64,000 nucleotides of DNA from an uncultured Bacteroides sp. (lineage in GTDB: Bacteria > Bacteroidota > Bacteroidia > Bacteroidales > Bacteroidaceae): NCBI GenBank assembly GCA_900555635.1, contig USLU01000022.1, positions 237 through 64,236 of the forward strand, written 5' to 3'. Of this stretch, positions 1 to 11,389 are shown piece by piece (positions within the stretch are counted from its first letter, which is position 1; every line of letters starts with the position of its first letter). Made by a program: the position numbers and the translations under genes. The notes beneath the pieces were generated by a model, which saw only the letters and a list, made by a program, of their open reading frames with translations, was not told the origin of the DNA and did not search any database.

Positions 1-46
1 GAAATACTCTAATCCTGAAATCAGACAAAAGATCAACTACAGAATA

Positions 47-1324
47 TTATTTTTGTTTTCTGAAAGTAATCAGTTCTTTCAGGCTGACTGTCTTATTATT
101 AATCAATGGATTCGCCCAAAAACCAATAAACGTAATGTATCCCATAAATACAAGAACCAGCATCATTCCTACACGCAAAGAAGTGGCATCGGATACCAGG
201 CTGACAAGCAACGGGCCACCTGCACCTCCTGCAATTCCCGAACAAAGAATTCCGGCAAAAGAACCGTGGTATTGTTTAACGGTATTCAATGCTAAAGAAA
301 ACACAATGGAATACATCATGGAGATAGAAAAGCCGATTGCCGGAAATGCCCAAATTGCTATTTCAGCAGGGCTGAAAAGCGCGGTAAGCAGCAAACACAT
401 AGAAAGTATTCCGGAGATTTGCAGCAAGCGCTTACTATCTATCAACTTCAGCAGAATCATGCCGAACAAGCAACCGACCGTCATGGAACCCCAGAAATAG
501 CTGATAGTTTGCGCCCCTACAGTCTGCGGATCGACACCATGGTATTGCTCAAGGAAAGTACTCATAAAAATAGATACCCCTTGTTCCGTGCTGACATAGC
601 AGAATATACCCAAAAAGAACAACCATACATACCTCTGACGGAATAATTCCAAATAGGAGCTCTTTGCTCCGACCTTCTCGTCTTCTTGCAAAGTAATCTT
701 TGGAAAACGAGAGAACGTTACTGCCAACAGCATGACCAACAACAATGCAGAAAATACCCAATAAAGTGATACCCACGGCATACCGTGCGGAGTAATATCT
801 GCCAGCACATCTACAAACAGGTTTTTCCCGGCAGTATAGATATTGGTATCCAACTCCCGTATCAGATAGGTATAAACCAACGGACTCAGGAAAGAAGCGA
901 CACCGAATACAAATTGTGCAAGTTCAGCAACGAAAGCATAATTTTCTTCACCACCCACGGTGCGTTGCAACGGGTTTATAACCGTTTGCAACATCGCCAT
1001 TCCCAGTCCGATGATGAAAGACGAAGCCAACAAAATCGGATAGGCCGGTATACAGGCAAAGAGAATGGTTCCGATGAACGGCATCAGGAAACCACAAAAA
1101 AGTACAGGCTTTTCTCCATAGCGGTCGATCAGTATTCCGGCAGGAATGGACATGATGGCATACGCAAGGAAGAATGAGGTGGGAATAAAGCCCGCCATAG
1201 CCAGGTCGCTGAGGTTGAAATTATGAATGATATCCGGTATCAGCGGTCCCAGGATATTGGTAATAAATGATATAGTGAACCAGAACGCCATGATAAGCGC
1301 CAGCATTCCAATATTTCTTTTCAT
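47..1324 (-). CDS. MFS sugar transporter (FucP/glucose-galactose permease-like)
   Basis: 425 aa, about 12 hydrophobic segments, MFS loop motif GILIDRYGEK; last gene of the PUL operon. Confidence 0.85.
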   Translation of the reverse strand: MKRNIGMLALIMAFWFTISFITNILGPLIPDIIHNFNLSDLAMAGFIPTSFFLAYAIMSIPAGILIDRYGEKPVLFCGFLMPFIGTILFACIPAYPILLASSFIIGLGMAMLQTVINPLQRTVGGEENYAFVAELAQFVFGVASFLSPLVYTYLIRELDTNIYTAGKNLFVDVLADITPHGMPWVSLYWVFSALLLVMLLAVTFSRFPKITLQEDEKVGAKSSYLELFRQRYVWLFFLGIFCYVSTEQGVSIFMSTFLEQYHGVDPQTVGAQTISYFWGSMTVGCLFGMILLKLIDSKRLLQISGILSMCLLLTALFSPAEIAIWAFPAIGFSISMMYSIVFSLALNTVKQYHGSFAGILCSGIAGGAGGPLLVSLVSDATSLRVGMMLVLVFMGYITFIGFWANPLINNKTVSLKELITFRKQK

Positions 1325-1336
1325 CTGATTCTTCTC

Positions 1337-3637
1337 CTATCGTAAGAATTTATATTCACCGGCTTCTCCTTCGAAAGAGAGTGCACCGTCATCCGAACGA
1401 ACATAAACGGTCGGCTTAAACAGCTTACCATCTTTCCATACTTGCCAGTTACCCGGGCGAAGATCGGTAATCAAGAACTTATAGTTGCCTGTTCCTTTTA
1501 CTGAAACGGTGAATGGAGATTCAAGCGGCATTGCATTTTTACTGAATACAACCACACGGTCAGATACCTGGACACCAGTTGTTTGCTCGCCATCCAAGCG
1601 AAGGATATTGTGCAGTGTCTTTTGTGTATTGTCGGTGATCTGGATCACATTCAGGTAATAATCTTCCGCAGCCGGTTGCTTGGGGGAGATCTCAATGCGC
1701 CATGAACCACGTTGATTCTCATCATCCGTAGCAGGAATATTCGGATAATTCTTGCCGAATGCCCAGAACTCTTTACCAGGACCTCCTACAGGAACAATAT
1801 CAGCATTTGCCAATTCGGGCAGCAAAGTAGTATTGACCAGCATACCGGAGTCACCGTCTTTCGTACGTTTGATGATCGTTTGATTACCTTCTATGATAGG
1901 TTCTTCCATACTATGCAGTAACCAGAATTTCTTGAAGTCAGGATTGGCAGAAACTACCTTGTCGAATACAATCATAGCGGCAGGAATCGCTTTATCCTTC
2001 AGATTCAGGAAGACAAACGAGCGTTTCACTTCTTTTACTTTGGTGCTGTAAGCATCGGTAATATCACCTTTCAGATAAGTATAATCCGGTGCTTGTTGGT
2101 CAGGACCGAATCCTTGAGCCAGTACCTGTCCTACTTTGAAGTTAGTATTCAGCAAGTCATTCAACGTACGGCATTCGCCCCATTCTTTACCCGGAAGACG
2201 CTGCCCACCTTCGTTCTCTACAAACGGAGTCTTGTCACCTCCACCGTAACCCATGGAAGGGAATTTCTCTTCAGGATCGAATATTAACAGGCTGTTATGG
2301 GCAATGGTACGTTTAAAGTAATTCTTGTTATGGGGACTGTTGTATCCTCCCGAAGTACCTTGATAGGTTCCGGTGTCGATAGCCAGAGGTCCTCTATAAT
2401 ATATTTGGAAAGCTCCTCCGTCGTGGTGCTGGTGATTGTTGAACACATATTCGTTCACTTTCATTTCTGCTATTACACTATCGTCTCCCCAACCGGTACG
2501 TGCAATCATCCATCCGAAAGGTGTACCGGAATAACGGCTCAACGGCAAATCATCGGGTTTACGTACACCCAGTTTGGTATCTCTCCATAAGAATTCAAAG
2601 ATTTTGCAATGCGCTTCTACATCAGGCTTCAGTTGGAATTCGGAATGGATATATTCATCTTTATAATAGGAGGAAGCCAGCATAGCAGGCAGGGAATAAG
2701 TCTTGTCACGACGACGGGTAGGATTTTCATCTCCGGCATAGAGTACCTGACCATCCGGACGACGGCGATAAAGAATGTCGTACATTACAAACTGCTGAGA
2801 GGTGTGATAGATATTGGGGAAGCCCATGCGGTCGAAAATCCAAAGAGGGAACAAGTCGTTGGTAAAGCGAACATTAAAGTAGGAAGTTCCCTGATGGTAA
2901 TTGTGAGAAGGATAGAAGAAATTACGTGCCGGCAAGTGCTCCTTGAAGAAACGCCCTGCCGCCAATTCATACATTTCGGGAAATTCATCATAGATGGCGA
3001 TTCCGGTAGAAAGCAAATCGCGCATAATCATCCACTCGGAAGAGTGTCCGGCAAGAGAACCCTGTTTCAGTGGGGGATATCCACATTCCAATTGCTTGGC
3101 AAGGTTGACGAAAGAGGTGATGAAACGCTGCTTCTCTTTGGCAGTCAATTGGTCGTAACACCAGTCGTAGACCATTGACCCGCTAATCATAAGCAACCCG
3201 ACACCACGTGCAATGTCGCCTCCATGTTTCGGGAACTTGGCATTTTCAAGTGTATCGAGCATGGCAACAATGGCACCACGAGCTTTCTTCTTGTTATTGC
3301 TGACCAAATAGTCCAAAGCATCGAGCTGAGCGCGAACCGTAACCCCTTTCTGGTTGAAGTAATAACGGAAATCTTTCTTAGCAGGAATATCTTCGGGCTT
3401 CCAGTCCTGACGCATCGCCTGCAATTCTTTCCACACCTTTGCCAATGCAGGATCGCTCATACGAGCTTTCACATCGGGAATATCTCCCGAACGAAGATAG
3501 AGACGAGGATGTTCTTTCGGAGGAACGGGGATAGAAATTCCATCCACCGTTTTCCATGAAGACTGGCTACTCTGAGCGTATATTGTTCCGATTGCCATAA
3601 GTAAGAGAACAATCGATAGGAAGTATTTTGTTTTCAT
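1337..3637 (-). CDS. hepB: Heparinase II (heparin/heparan-sulfate lyase, PL21)
   Basis: Signal peptide (IYA|Q); long stretches match my recollection of Pedobacter HepB, e.g. [54 protein letters not shown]. Confidence 0.9.
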   Translation of the reverse strand: MKTKYFLSIVLLLMAIGTIYAQSSQSSWKTVDGISIPVPPKEHPRLYLRSGDIPDVKARMSDPALAKVWKELQAMRQDWKPEDIPAKKDFRYYFNQKGVTVRAQLDALDYLVSNNKKKARGAIVAMLDTLENAKFPKHGGDIARGVGLLMISGSMVYDWCYDQLTAKEKQRFITSFVNLAKQLECGYPPLKQGSLAGHSSEWMIMRDLLSTGIAIYDEFPEMYELAAGRFFKEHLPARNFFYPSHNYHQGTSYFNVRFTNDLFPLWIFDRMGFPNIYHTSQQFVMYDILYRRRPDGQVLYAGDENPTRRRDKTYSLPAMLASSYYKDEYIHSEFQLKPDVEAHCKIFEFLWRDTKLGVRKPDDLPLSRYSGTPFGWMIARTGWGDDSVIAEMKVNEYVFNNHQHHDGGAFQIYYRGPLAIDTGTYQGTSGGYNSPHNKNYFKRTIAHNSLLIFDPEEKFPSMGYGGGDKTPFVENEGGQRLPGKEWGECRTLNDLLNTNFKVGQVLAQGFGPDQQAPDYTYLKGDITDAYSTKVKEVKRSFVFLNLKDKAIPAAMIVFDKVVSANPDFKKFWLLHSMEEPIIEGNQTIIKRTKDGDSGMLVNTTLLPELANADIVPVGGPGKEFWAFGKNYPNIPATDDENQRGSWRIEISPKQPAAEDYYLNVIQITDNTQKTLHNILRLDGEQTTGVQVSDRVVVFSKNAMPLESPFTVSVKGTGNYKFLITDLRPGNWQVWKDGKLFKPTVYVRSDDGALSFEGEAGEYKFLR

Positions 3638-3668
3638 AAGTAAATTAGGTAATAGATTGATTTTTCAT

Positions 3669-4616
3669 TTAAAGTGAGGAGAATACAAGCGATGCAGCTC
3701 CTATACTACCGGCTTTATTCCCCAAATGGGCAGCCATGATTTGAGTGTTGGTTGCACAGTCTGCGATGGCATAGCGCCCGGCGTAACGACTCACTTTCTC
3801 TATATAAAAGTCCCCGGCTTCTGACAATCCTCCCCCAATAACTATACGTTGAGGACTGAAGATATTGATGAATCCGGCAATGCCATGACCCAAATAATCA
3901 CAGTGTTCTTCCAGGCATTCAGTGGCAAGCCGGTCTCCCTCTTTGTAAAGCTGCACAATGAGTTCGCCATTAATCTCTTTTCCGGGATAGCTGCGATTGT
4001 TTTCCACACTGACTTTTTCAAACCGACGTACCAGCGCAGAAGTAGAAGCATAATGCTCCAAACATCCCACTGAACCGCAGGCGCAACGTTCTCCGTTTGC
4101 AATGAGAGGTACATGTCCCAACTCCGTGCCACGACCTCCGAAACCGGAAAACAATTTGCCATCTATGATGACAGCACCACCGATACCTGTTCCTACAGTG
4201 AGGAAAACAACATCCGTAGCACCCTTTCCGGCACCGTACATGGTTTCGCCTAAGCCCATCAAGTTCGCATCGTTACTCAAAAGCACACGTAACCCGACAG
4301 ATTTTTCCAATATATCAGCAAGAGGCAGTTGCTCCCAGCCTTTAATATTCTCAGCCCCTCCCAGAACGATACGGCAAGTAGCATCCACAATTCCCGGTGT
4401 ACCGATACCGATGCCCATTACCTCGTAACCTTCTTTTGCAGCAAAGCCTTTCACAGCCTCGATTGCATGAACCAACTGACCAATGACGGCTTCCGCAGAT
4501 ACATTCGCCAATGACGGTAATTTCCCTTGAAAAAGGAATTCACCGTCATTGGTAATCAATGCATACTTTATGGAAGTACCACCAAGGTCGATGCCAATGG
4601 CGTATTTCTTTTCCAT
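3669..4616 (-). CDS. ROK-family sugar kinase
   Basis: GIDLGGT, NDAN, GTGIGG and ELGH...CACGSVGCLE motifs; likely start MEKKY at 4616, since the ORF-track extension overlaps the upstream gene. Confidence 0.9.
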   Translation of the reverse strand: MEKKYAIGIDLGGTSIKYALITNDGEFLFQGKLPSLANVSAEAVIGQLVHAIEAVKGFAAKEGYEVMGIGIGTPGIVDATCRIVLGGAENIKGWEQLPLADILEKSVGLRVLLSNDANLMGLGETMYGAGKGATDVVFLTVGTGIGGAVIIDGKLFSGFGGRGTELGHVPLIANGERCACGSVGCLEHYASTSALVRRFEKVSVENNRSYPGKEINGELIVQLYKEGDRLATECLEEHCDYLGHGIAGFINIFSPQRIVIGGGLSEAGDFYIEKVSRYAGRYAIADCATNTQIMAAHLGNKAGSIGAASLVFSSL

Positions 4617-4630
4617 TTTATCAACTATTA

Positions 4631-6259
4631 TTAGGTTCTTTCTACCCATATCGGTGAACTCCATGCCCATTGCTGGTCACATTGGCGTACTCTTACATAG
4701 TAATAATCCGTCTCTCTTTCGGGTTCTTTGTCTTCCATGTAATGTTCAACCACAAAGCAGCTTTCCGGCATCGCACGATTGAATAGTATAGCTTCACTAA
4801 GCCATCCAATCATGAAATGAGAGCGAGAGCCTTCCAGCAGTTCCCCCAACGAATGTTCGAACTTCTTGCCATTGAATTCTGCGGTAATCACACCATCTTT
4901 CGGCATAGTCACGTCCAGAATAACCGCTTGCATAGCAGGAGTTGTGGTATTGGGATTCTTTGAACTGTACATATCCAATTCTGTTTCCTTGTCAGTAGCA
5001 GAAACTATTCGATTTACCTTTGTTTCAAACTCCGGTTCTCCGGGTTGAGGGGAGGTGAAAGCAGCACCACGGAAACAAGGTTCTACAGCATTAATTGACC
5101 CTTTATTGACCGCCAATTTGCCTTGCCAATGTACATATGTCTCTTCACGATTCCAGCCGAACTCTACTTTCACTTTACATCGTACCATATCTCCTTCCGG
5201 CATCTCAGGCAAAAGAGGACCGCTCAAACGGGCAATACACTTTCTGTTCTTTACGATATCTATATAGTCAATGCAACTGCCTGCTTCCACATTCAGATAA
5301 ATGCGGCGACTGTTTCCACGTACTACATCGCCCGGGAAAGCGTCATTCAGACGGAAATCTATATTGATTTTATCACCTGTAGCACAGCATACATGGCGGT
5401 TCTTCATAGCATCCCAAATTTTGTCGCGAGTCAAAGACTCTGCCAGAACACCGATACGTCCGTCACCGTAGCTACCGGGATATCCGGCATGCTGGTCGGT
5501 AGACCCCATGATACCGAATTTCTTTCCTTGTTCCAGTCCGCACTGAATGGTACCTTCCCACTGACGGGGACCCATATCATGCAGGTAATTATAATCACCC
5601 TGGTCAGTCTCTGCCAATCCGTGACGAGAATACATCTCCACAAATGGAGTCTGTTCTCCTTCCGTAAAGAAATCCCAGTTATAACCACGATACCCCGTCT
5701 GATATCCCATGTGATGGGGAGTAATGAAAACTTTATGTCCACGTGCCTTCTGTTTCCAATCTTCAATAGAAGTACATTCTACCAAAGGAGTGTCAAGGTC
5801 GTAATTCAATGCCACATGGTCGCCATGTTCCATGCTATGGGCTTCATATCCCACAAAAGCGAGGAACTCACCTTCTTTATTGTATTCATTGGTCATTGCC
5901 ACATATTTCTCATAGCCACCTTCGCGTAAACGCTTGAAAGCACCGGTATGATAATCAATCACCCACTTCAGGCGAGGATCATCTGCACCCGGTATATCCG
6001 GCCACATAGCATGTGGAGTTACAGAAACAAAATCCAACTGCCCCTTGGCTGCCTCGAATGCCGAACGCATATCGCCATGACCATAGGTTATATTGCAATG
6101 ATTATGCAAGTCTCCCCAGTAGTATTTCAGATTACTGGCAGAAGGCATCACTTTCTTTCCTGCGGCAGTTCCCTGCTGGCATGCAGACAATAAACTACCG
6201 GAAGCAGCCAGTCCGATGAAGGACCAGCCTGTATTCTTTAAAAAACTTCTTCTATCCAT
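4631..6259 (-). CDS. PHP-like metallohydrolase with Tat-lipoprotein signal; positional equivalent of the proposed heparin-PUL sulfamidase
   Basis: MDRRSFLK twin-arginine motif, LLSAC lipobox, metal motifs GDLHNH, TPH, PHH, STDQH; lies between the sulfatase and ROK kinase as in the B. thetaiotaomicron heparin PUL. Confidence 0.6.
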   Translation of the reverse strand: MDRRSFLKNTGWSFIGLAASGSLLSACQQGTAAGKKVMPSASNLKYYWGDLHNHCNITYGHGDMRSAFEAAKGQLDFVSVTPHAMWPDIPGADDPRLKWVIDYHTGAFKRLREGGYEKYVAMTNEYNKEGEFLAFVGYEAHSMEHGDHVALNYDLDTPLVECTSIEDWKQKARGHKVFITPHHMGYQTGYRGYNWDFFTEGEQTPFVEMYSRHGLAETDQGDYNYLHDMGPRQWEGTIQCGLEQGKKFGIMGSTDQHAGYPGSYGDGRIGVLAESLTRDKIWDAMKNRHVCCATGDKINIDFRLNDAFPGDVVRGNSRRIYLNVEAGSCIDYIDIVKNRKCIARLSGPLLPEMPEGDMVRCKVKVEFGWNREETYVHWQGKLAVNKGSINAVEPCFRGAAFTSPQPGEPEFETKVNRIVSATDKETELDMYSSKNPNTTTPAMQAVILDVTMPKDGVITAEFNGKKFEHSLGELLEGSRSHFMIGWLSEAILFNRAMPESCFVVEHYMEDKEPERETDYYYVRVRQCDQQWAWSSPIWVERT

Positions 6260-6274
6260 GGTATTAATATAAGA

Positions 6275-7885
6275 TTATCTATTCTTCATCAACCGTCTGT
6301 CACCCTTAAACAACTCGTTCACTTTTTCATCAGGATCATTATCCTTATATTGCTTCTGAGTTTCCTTCAGCAGTGACATAAGCTCCGCTTGTTTAGCGGC
6401 GTACTCCGGTTTACCAAATACATTATTCAATTCGTTGGGATCATTCTTCAAATCGTACATCTCCCATTCATCCACATCATTGTAAAAGTGCATCAGCTTA
6501 AAGTCGGCTGTACGAATACCGTAATGCCTTTTCACAGAATGTTCTGCCGGATATTCATAATAATGATAATAAGCGGCCTTCCGCCAATCAGTCGGTATCT
6601 TCCCTTCATTATCCAAAATAGGTTTCAAAGATTGTCCCTGAATATCCGCCGGTATATCCACTCCGGCAAAGTCCAGCAAAGTAGGCGCAAAATCCACATT
6701 CATGGCAATGGCATTCGAAGTACTTCCGGCTTTAATGGCTTTCGGATAACGGATAATTAACGGCATCCGCTGACACTCTTCATACATAAAGCGTTTATCG
6801 AACCAGCCATGTTCACCCAAGAAGAAGCCTTGGTCGGAAGTATAGATAATGATCGTATTGTCCAACTCGCCGATTTTCTCCAGATAATTGAGCAGGCGAC
6901 CGATATTTTCATCCACAGCAACAATAGTCGCCAAGTAATCGCGCATGTATTGCTGGTACTTCCAGCTAATCAGTTCTTTGCCTTTCAAGTTACCGCTACG
7001 GTATTCTGAAATACGCCCGGCATATACTGAATCCCATTTATCCTGTACATCAGCCGGCATGCGTTTGTAAACCTCATAGAGACGATTGGTCGTATCTTTC
7101 AGCATTTCGTCACGAGTCAGCAGTTTCAAGTCCCAATCATTAGTCAACGTATGTTCAATAGACATATCCTGTTCACGGGCTGCGGAACCCCTACCCTCGT
7201 AGTTATCGAAAAGCGTGGCAGGTTCGGGGAAAGTGGTATTATTAAACATCCCCAGATGGCGGGGTGCAGGCATCCAGTTACGGTGCGGAGCTTTCTGATG
7301 ATACATCATACAGAAAGGTTTATTCTTGTCTCTATGTTCCAGATACTCGATAGCCTTGTCGGTAATGATATCAGTGGCATATCCTTGCTCTACAACCTGC
7401 TTTCCGTTCTCATTGAAATCAGGGTTATAATAATCTCCCTGTTCATGTTGTCCGGTCAAGATGCACCAATAATCAAACCCTTGAGGTTCGGTTATCAAAT
7501 GCCATTTACCAATAATTGAAGTCTGATAACCTGCTGCTTGCAACAATTTAGGAAATGTCTGCTGGTTACCGTCGAAAGTACTGGCATTATCAGTGAATCC
7601 ATTGATATGGCTGAATTTGCCCGTCAAGATACACGCTCTTGACGGACCGGATAAAGCATTAACCGCATAGCAATTATCCATACGAACACCTTCACTGGCA
7701 ATCCGGTCCATATTGGGTGTCTGGAGAAGACGTCCGCCATAGCATGACATTGCCTGCGTAGTATGGTCATCCGTCATCATAAAGATGATATTCGGACGTT
7801 TCACTTCCTCTTTGGGTTTACTGGAGCTGCAAGCAGACACTCCAATAGCAGTGAGAGGCAGAAATAAAAATGAGATGCGATTCAT
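6275..7885 (-). CDS. Ser-type S1 sulfatase, probable GlcNAc/GlcNS-6-O-sulfatase
   Basis: RPNIIF..DD, SGPSR signature, GKWHL, SDQG; lipobox VSAC; PUL position. Confidence 0.85.
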   Translation of the reverse strand: MNRISFLFLPLTAIGVSACSSSKPKEEVKRPNIIFMMTDDHTTQAMSCYGGRLLQTPNMDRIASEGVRMDNCYAVNALSGPSRACILTGKFSHINGFTDNASTFDGNQQTFPKLLQAAGYQTSIIGKWHLITEPQGFDYWCILTGQHEQGDYYNPDFNENGKQVVEQGYATDIITDKAIEYLEHRDKNKPFCMMYHQKAPHRNWMPAPRHLGMFNNTTFPEPATLFDNYEGRGSAAREQDMSIEHTLTNDWDLKLLTRDEMLKDTTNRLYEVYKRMPADVQDKWDSVYAGRISEYRSGNLKGKELISWKYQQYMRDYLATIVAVDENIGRLLNYLEKIGELDNTIIIYTSDQGFFLGEHGWFDKRFMYEECQRMPLIIRYPKAIKAGSTSNAIAMNVDFAPTLLDFAGVDIPADIQGQSLKPILDNEGKIPTDWRKAAYYHYYEYPAEHSVKRHYGIRTADFKLMHFYNDVDEWEMYDLKNDPNELNNVFGKPEYAAKQAELMSLLKETQKQYKDNDPDEKVNELFKGDRRLMKNR

Positions 7886-7899
7886 AGCTGAATTTCTTC

Positions 7900-9897
7900 T
7901 TATAGTTTATACTGTAATTGACGTTTCTTGCCATCGACAGTCACTTCTATTTTCACCCCATTCTCATCAAAAGCTTTATTCAGGAACTTAGCCTTGAAAG
8001 CCGGGAATGAAGCAGCATTCTTCGATGGATAAATAATGGTTATGTAGCGCACTGCTTCCTGTGTATTCTTTTCTACATCAAAGGAAACAGCCGTACGCGG
8101 AACACGTACACGATAAGCGATAGAACGCCAGCCTTCTTTTTCTTTCAGAGTACTCTTTTTCTCTGAAAAGCACTGAAGTTTCACATTGCTCTGGCCTTCA
8201 AAAGCAGTCGTCAATGTATTGTTCTTTGCATCTACATTGACTGTGCCTTCGCACAAGTGATAATTCAAGTTCACTGTACCCTTGGCATCTCCTACCGCCT
8301 CATCCACAATTACAAAATAAGACTGGTCTACAAAGAAAACCGAACGTCTGTGCTTCAATCCGTCATAGTGTGGATTCTCCGTTACAAGAATCTGCTCACT
8401 ACCTTCCGGTTTCCAGAGTTTGGTAACCGATTGTGTAGTCTGTAGATTTTTCTCATCCAATGTCAACGTATTATGAGAGCATGTACGGCGGAACCAGTTA
8501 CGGAGTTTCATGACTTCATCATCTCCGGCGTAAACGTACGAGCCACTATCCGGGAATAGATTCCGACCATTAAACCAAAGTTCAAAAGTTCCGTTATCCG
8601 GTTGGCAGTGCCATTCGCCCTTAGGACCGGCTTTTACTACCATTACTGTAGCATCCTGTTTCCATCCGTTTCTAAAAGTAAAGAAGCCGGAAGTCAGCGC
8701 TCCATGAGAGAGATTTGGCAGAGGGCTACCCTCACGACCTTCCGTTGCATAATAACGTATCCATTCGCAGTCCGGAAAAATTTTAAGCCAATCCTGATAA
8801 TTGCGGATTTCGTCAGGGCGGTCGCCCAACTTAGCATCACTGAAACAAGGGTTACTATAGTCAGGGAAGCAAATATTTGAGTAAAACTCAATCATATTCT
8901 TGACTGTATTCACATACTCAGCCGGTAGTTCCTTGCGGAAACCGTTAACATCGGCCATGCGAAGAGCTTTGCAGAAAATATTGATTGCTGCCAGGTGATA
9001 GTGAGGGTCCAGTTCGTATTGTCCGCCATCGGCATAAACCTGCTTCCCGATTTCACGGTTCAAGATATTGATTCCGCTTTCTCTCCATCCGGCTGCTTCC
9101 TTGAATTCGGGAAAGAATGCACCCGCATACAACATACGTTGTGCTTCGAATAGCAAGTGATTGCCCTGATCTGAGTAGTTGCCCAAAATATGCAATGCGT
9201 GACGATGATAGTTCACCAAAAACTCTGTCAAGAATTCCGGTGTAAAGGCTTGCGAAGGAACAAACAACAGAAACTGCAAAGTCTGATCCTGCAAACGGTT
9301 ACTCACTTCCAACGGACGCCAGGCAAAGCGTACATTCTCGGCATTACCTTTCACTTCACCTGCACTGACAAGCTCGTATTCTTCTTTCTCCACCTGAGTC
9401 AGCGGATTCTTTTGAATCCAGTCCATATACTGGTAAGCCCACTCTTTGGCATATTTCTCATCACCCGAAATACGGTATGCTTTTCCCATCGGGGTAAACC
9501 ATTTGTGACGGTGCAACTGCCAACGCAGTTCATTATCTTGTACCGGCCAGTATTGCCAGTTGATGTCTTTACCGTAATTATAGGAAGGCTGGTATCCCTT
9601 ATGCACAAAGAATGTATGTTCAAGTGCATCGTCCGCCCATTTTTGTTCTTCCTTTGATATCTTGATATTCTTCATATCAATATCAGGATGCTCTATGCCG
9701 GCACGTTGACGGTAATAATCCAATAAAGCCTGAGCAGCCTCATTCCATTGCTGCCTGTCACATGCAGCTTTCACTTTCTCCAAGCCCGGATAATCCAGAT
9801 TCAAGAGGTCAAAAGCTTCTTTTCTGAGTTGTTGTGCTTCGGCACAAATGGCAACCAACAAAAAAGTGAAACCTAAAAGATATTTTGTTATTTTCAT
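7900..9897 (-). CDS. hepC: Heparinase III (heparan-sulfate lyase, PL12)
   Basis: WQLHRHKW, GNHLLFE, QVYADGGQYELDPHYH, HCQPDNGTFEL, HNTLT; signal peptide. Confidence 0.9.
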   Translation of the reverse strand: MKITKYLLGFTFLLVAICAEAQQLRKEAFDLLNLDYPGLEKVKAACDRQQWNEAAQALLDYYRQRAGIEHPDIDMKNIKISKEEQKWADDALEHTFFVHKGYQPSYNYGKDINWQYWPVQDNELRWQLHRHKWFTPMGKAYRISGDEKYAKEWAYQYMDWIQKNPLTQVEKEEYELVSAGEVKGNAENVRFAWRPLEVSNRLQDQTLQFLLFVPSQAFTPEFLTEFLVNYHRHALHILGNYSDQGNHLLFEAQRMLYAGAFFPEFKEAAGWRESGINILNREIGKQVYADGGQYELDPHYHLAAINIFCKALRMADVNGFRKELPAEYVNTVKNMIEFYSNICFPDYSNPCFSDAKLGDRPDEIRNYQDWLKIFPDCEWIRYYATEGREGSPLPNLSHGALTSGFFTFRNGWKQDATVMVVKAGPKGEWHCQPDNGTFELWFNGRNLFPDSGSYVYAGDDEVMKLRNWFRRTCSHNTLTLDEKNLQTTQSVTKLWKPEGSEQILVTENPHYDGLKHRRSVFFVDQSYFVIVDEAVGDAKGTVNLNYHLCEGTVNVDAKNNTLTTAFEGQSNVKLQCFSEKKSTLKEKEGWRSIAYRVRVPRTAVSFDVEKNTQEAVRYITIIYPSKNAASFPAFKAKFLNKAFDENGVKIEVTVDGKKRQLQYKL

Positions 9898-9913
9898 GGT
9901 ATATTATTTTCGA

Positions 9914-11203
9914 TTAAAGCGATTTATAATCAAGTCCCTTCACTTGCATATAACGAATCAACGCCTCCAGGTAATAATAATCGGCATAATTGATAGGCGT
10001 ATCAATTTCAGAGCCATTGGGCAATGAGCCTGTAGAGTGCATCAAAATAAATCCTTGGTTCGTACCTACTTTAGCTAAATATGCATCTGAAGAAAGTGAT
10101 TTCAATAACTTTTCAGCGTAATCAAAATAAACCTGTCCGTCTTCTACCAATGTACTAAGCTCTATCAATGCAGACGCTGTAATGGAAGCAGCAGAAGCAT
10201 CTCTAGGAGTTTGCGGCGTTTCCGGTGCATCGTAGTCCCACAAAGGAATGGCATCTTCAGTCTTCACCCGTGTCATAATCAACTTGGCAATATCTTTTGC
10301 CTGCTGCAAAAATACAGAATCTTTTGATTCGCGGTAACAAGAAGTATATCCATATACACCCCAAGCTTGTCCGCGCGCCCATGCCGATTCGTCATTTTTT
10401 CCTTGATGTGTGCATTTCAGTTCCACTGTACCGTCGTTATTATAACTTACCACGTGGTAAGAGGTATGATCGGGTCTGAAATGATTCTTCAATGTTGTTT
10501 CGGCATGCTTCAATGCAACTTCTTTGTACTTAGGATCATTGGTCAGATGGCTTACATAGAACAGCAAATCCAAGTTCATCATATTGTCTATGATTACAGG
10601 AAAGTTCCATTTCCCGAAATCCCAGGAACGAATACAGCCAATACTATCGTTAAAACGTCCACACAAATTATCTGCTGTCTGTATCAAAGCCAAACGAACA
10701 CTATCTGCCGGTAATATACGATTGGCATTACCATAGCTACAATTCATCATAAATCCGATATCATGCGTACCTTTATAGTCTTTCACCGGATATAGGTAAT
10801 TAGTAAACTGAACAGCCTCTTTCTTTAATTCTTCATCACCTGTCAACTGATAAGCATACCATAAGTTACCCGGAAAGAATCCGCTTGTCCAATCATAAAT
10901 GGAAGCACAATAACGACGAGTACCCAATGCATCTTTTACAGGCTTTACCCGCAAAGAATCTTTAAAAGTAGCCGGGTCTCTTTGTAGCTGGCTACAGAGA
11001 AAATCCATATCATATCCCGTCCAGATAGCACGAGGCAATAATACAGAATCACCTACATCGGCTACCGTTTCTTTCAACTGGGCTGCGGATACATCTATCG
11101 CCTGCTTCAACCAAGTATATTCTCCTTTTGATTGATTGGAAGCACAACCCGAGAAACTATACATAGTAGCAATTGTGCAACAAAACAACAAAAATTTCTT
11201 CAT
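9914..11203 (-). CDS. GH88 unsaturated glucuronyl hydrolase
   Basis: WTSGFFPG, HDIGF, IIDNMMNL, WARGQAW, DASA, YADYYYLEAL. Confidence 0.92.
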   Translation of the reverse strand: MKKFLLFCCTIATMYSFSGCASNQSKGEYTWLKQAIDVSAAQLKETVADVGDSVLLPRAIWTGYDMDFLCSQLQRDPATFKDSLRVKPVKDALGTRRYCASIYDWTSGFFPGNLWYAYQLTGDEELKKEAVQFTNYLYPVKDYKGTHDIGFMMNCSYGNANRILPADSVRLALIQTADNLCGRFNDSIGCIRSWDFGKWNFPVIIDNMMNLDLLFYVSHLTNDPKYKEVALKHAETTLKNHFRPDHTSYHVVSYNNDGTVELKCTHQGKNDESAWARGQAWGVYGYTSCYRESKDSVFLQQAKDIAKLIMTRVKTEDAIPLWDYDAPETPQTPRDASAASITASALIELSTLVEDGQVYFDYAEKLLKSLSSDAYLAKVGTNQGFILMHSTGSLPNGSEIDTPINYADYYYLEALIRYMQVKGLDYKSL

Positions 11204-11280
11204 AAAATACGTTTTATAAGTTAGTTTCTTCTATGTATGCAAAGCTAGGAGTAAGTCCGAACTTTGGCGTACAATAATGT

Positions 11281-11368
11281 TGAAAGATGTTTCACGTAGA
11301 GGTAGAACGATAGCAATTCTGTTGAAAATAGCACAATATTGTCTAAACTCTCTATGAAACATCTTTCA
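11281..11368. repeat. 14-bp perfect inverted repeat with 60-bp spacer
   Basis: tgaaagatgtttca (11281-11294) / tgaaacatctttca (11355-11368). Confidence 0.8.
11314..11347. promoter_or_regulatory. Putative HTCS operator (20-bp-period direct repeat) upstream of the GH88 promoter
   Basis: caattctgttgaaa (11314) and caatattgtctaaa (11334); -7 box TAGCTTTG on minus strand at 11240-11247. Confidence 0.6.
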
Positions 11369-11389
11369 CAAAGTTCTATATCTGATTAT

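Noticed and set aside
5123..5929. Long antisense ORFs (also 15072-15785, 2609-3178, 46289-46876 and others)
   Set aside because: Shadows of well-supported genes on the opposite strand, with no recognisable motifs
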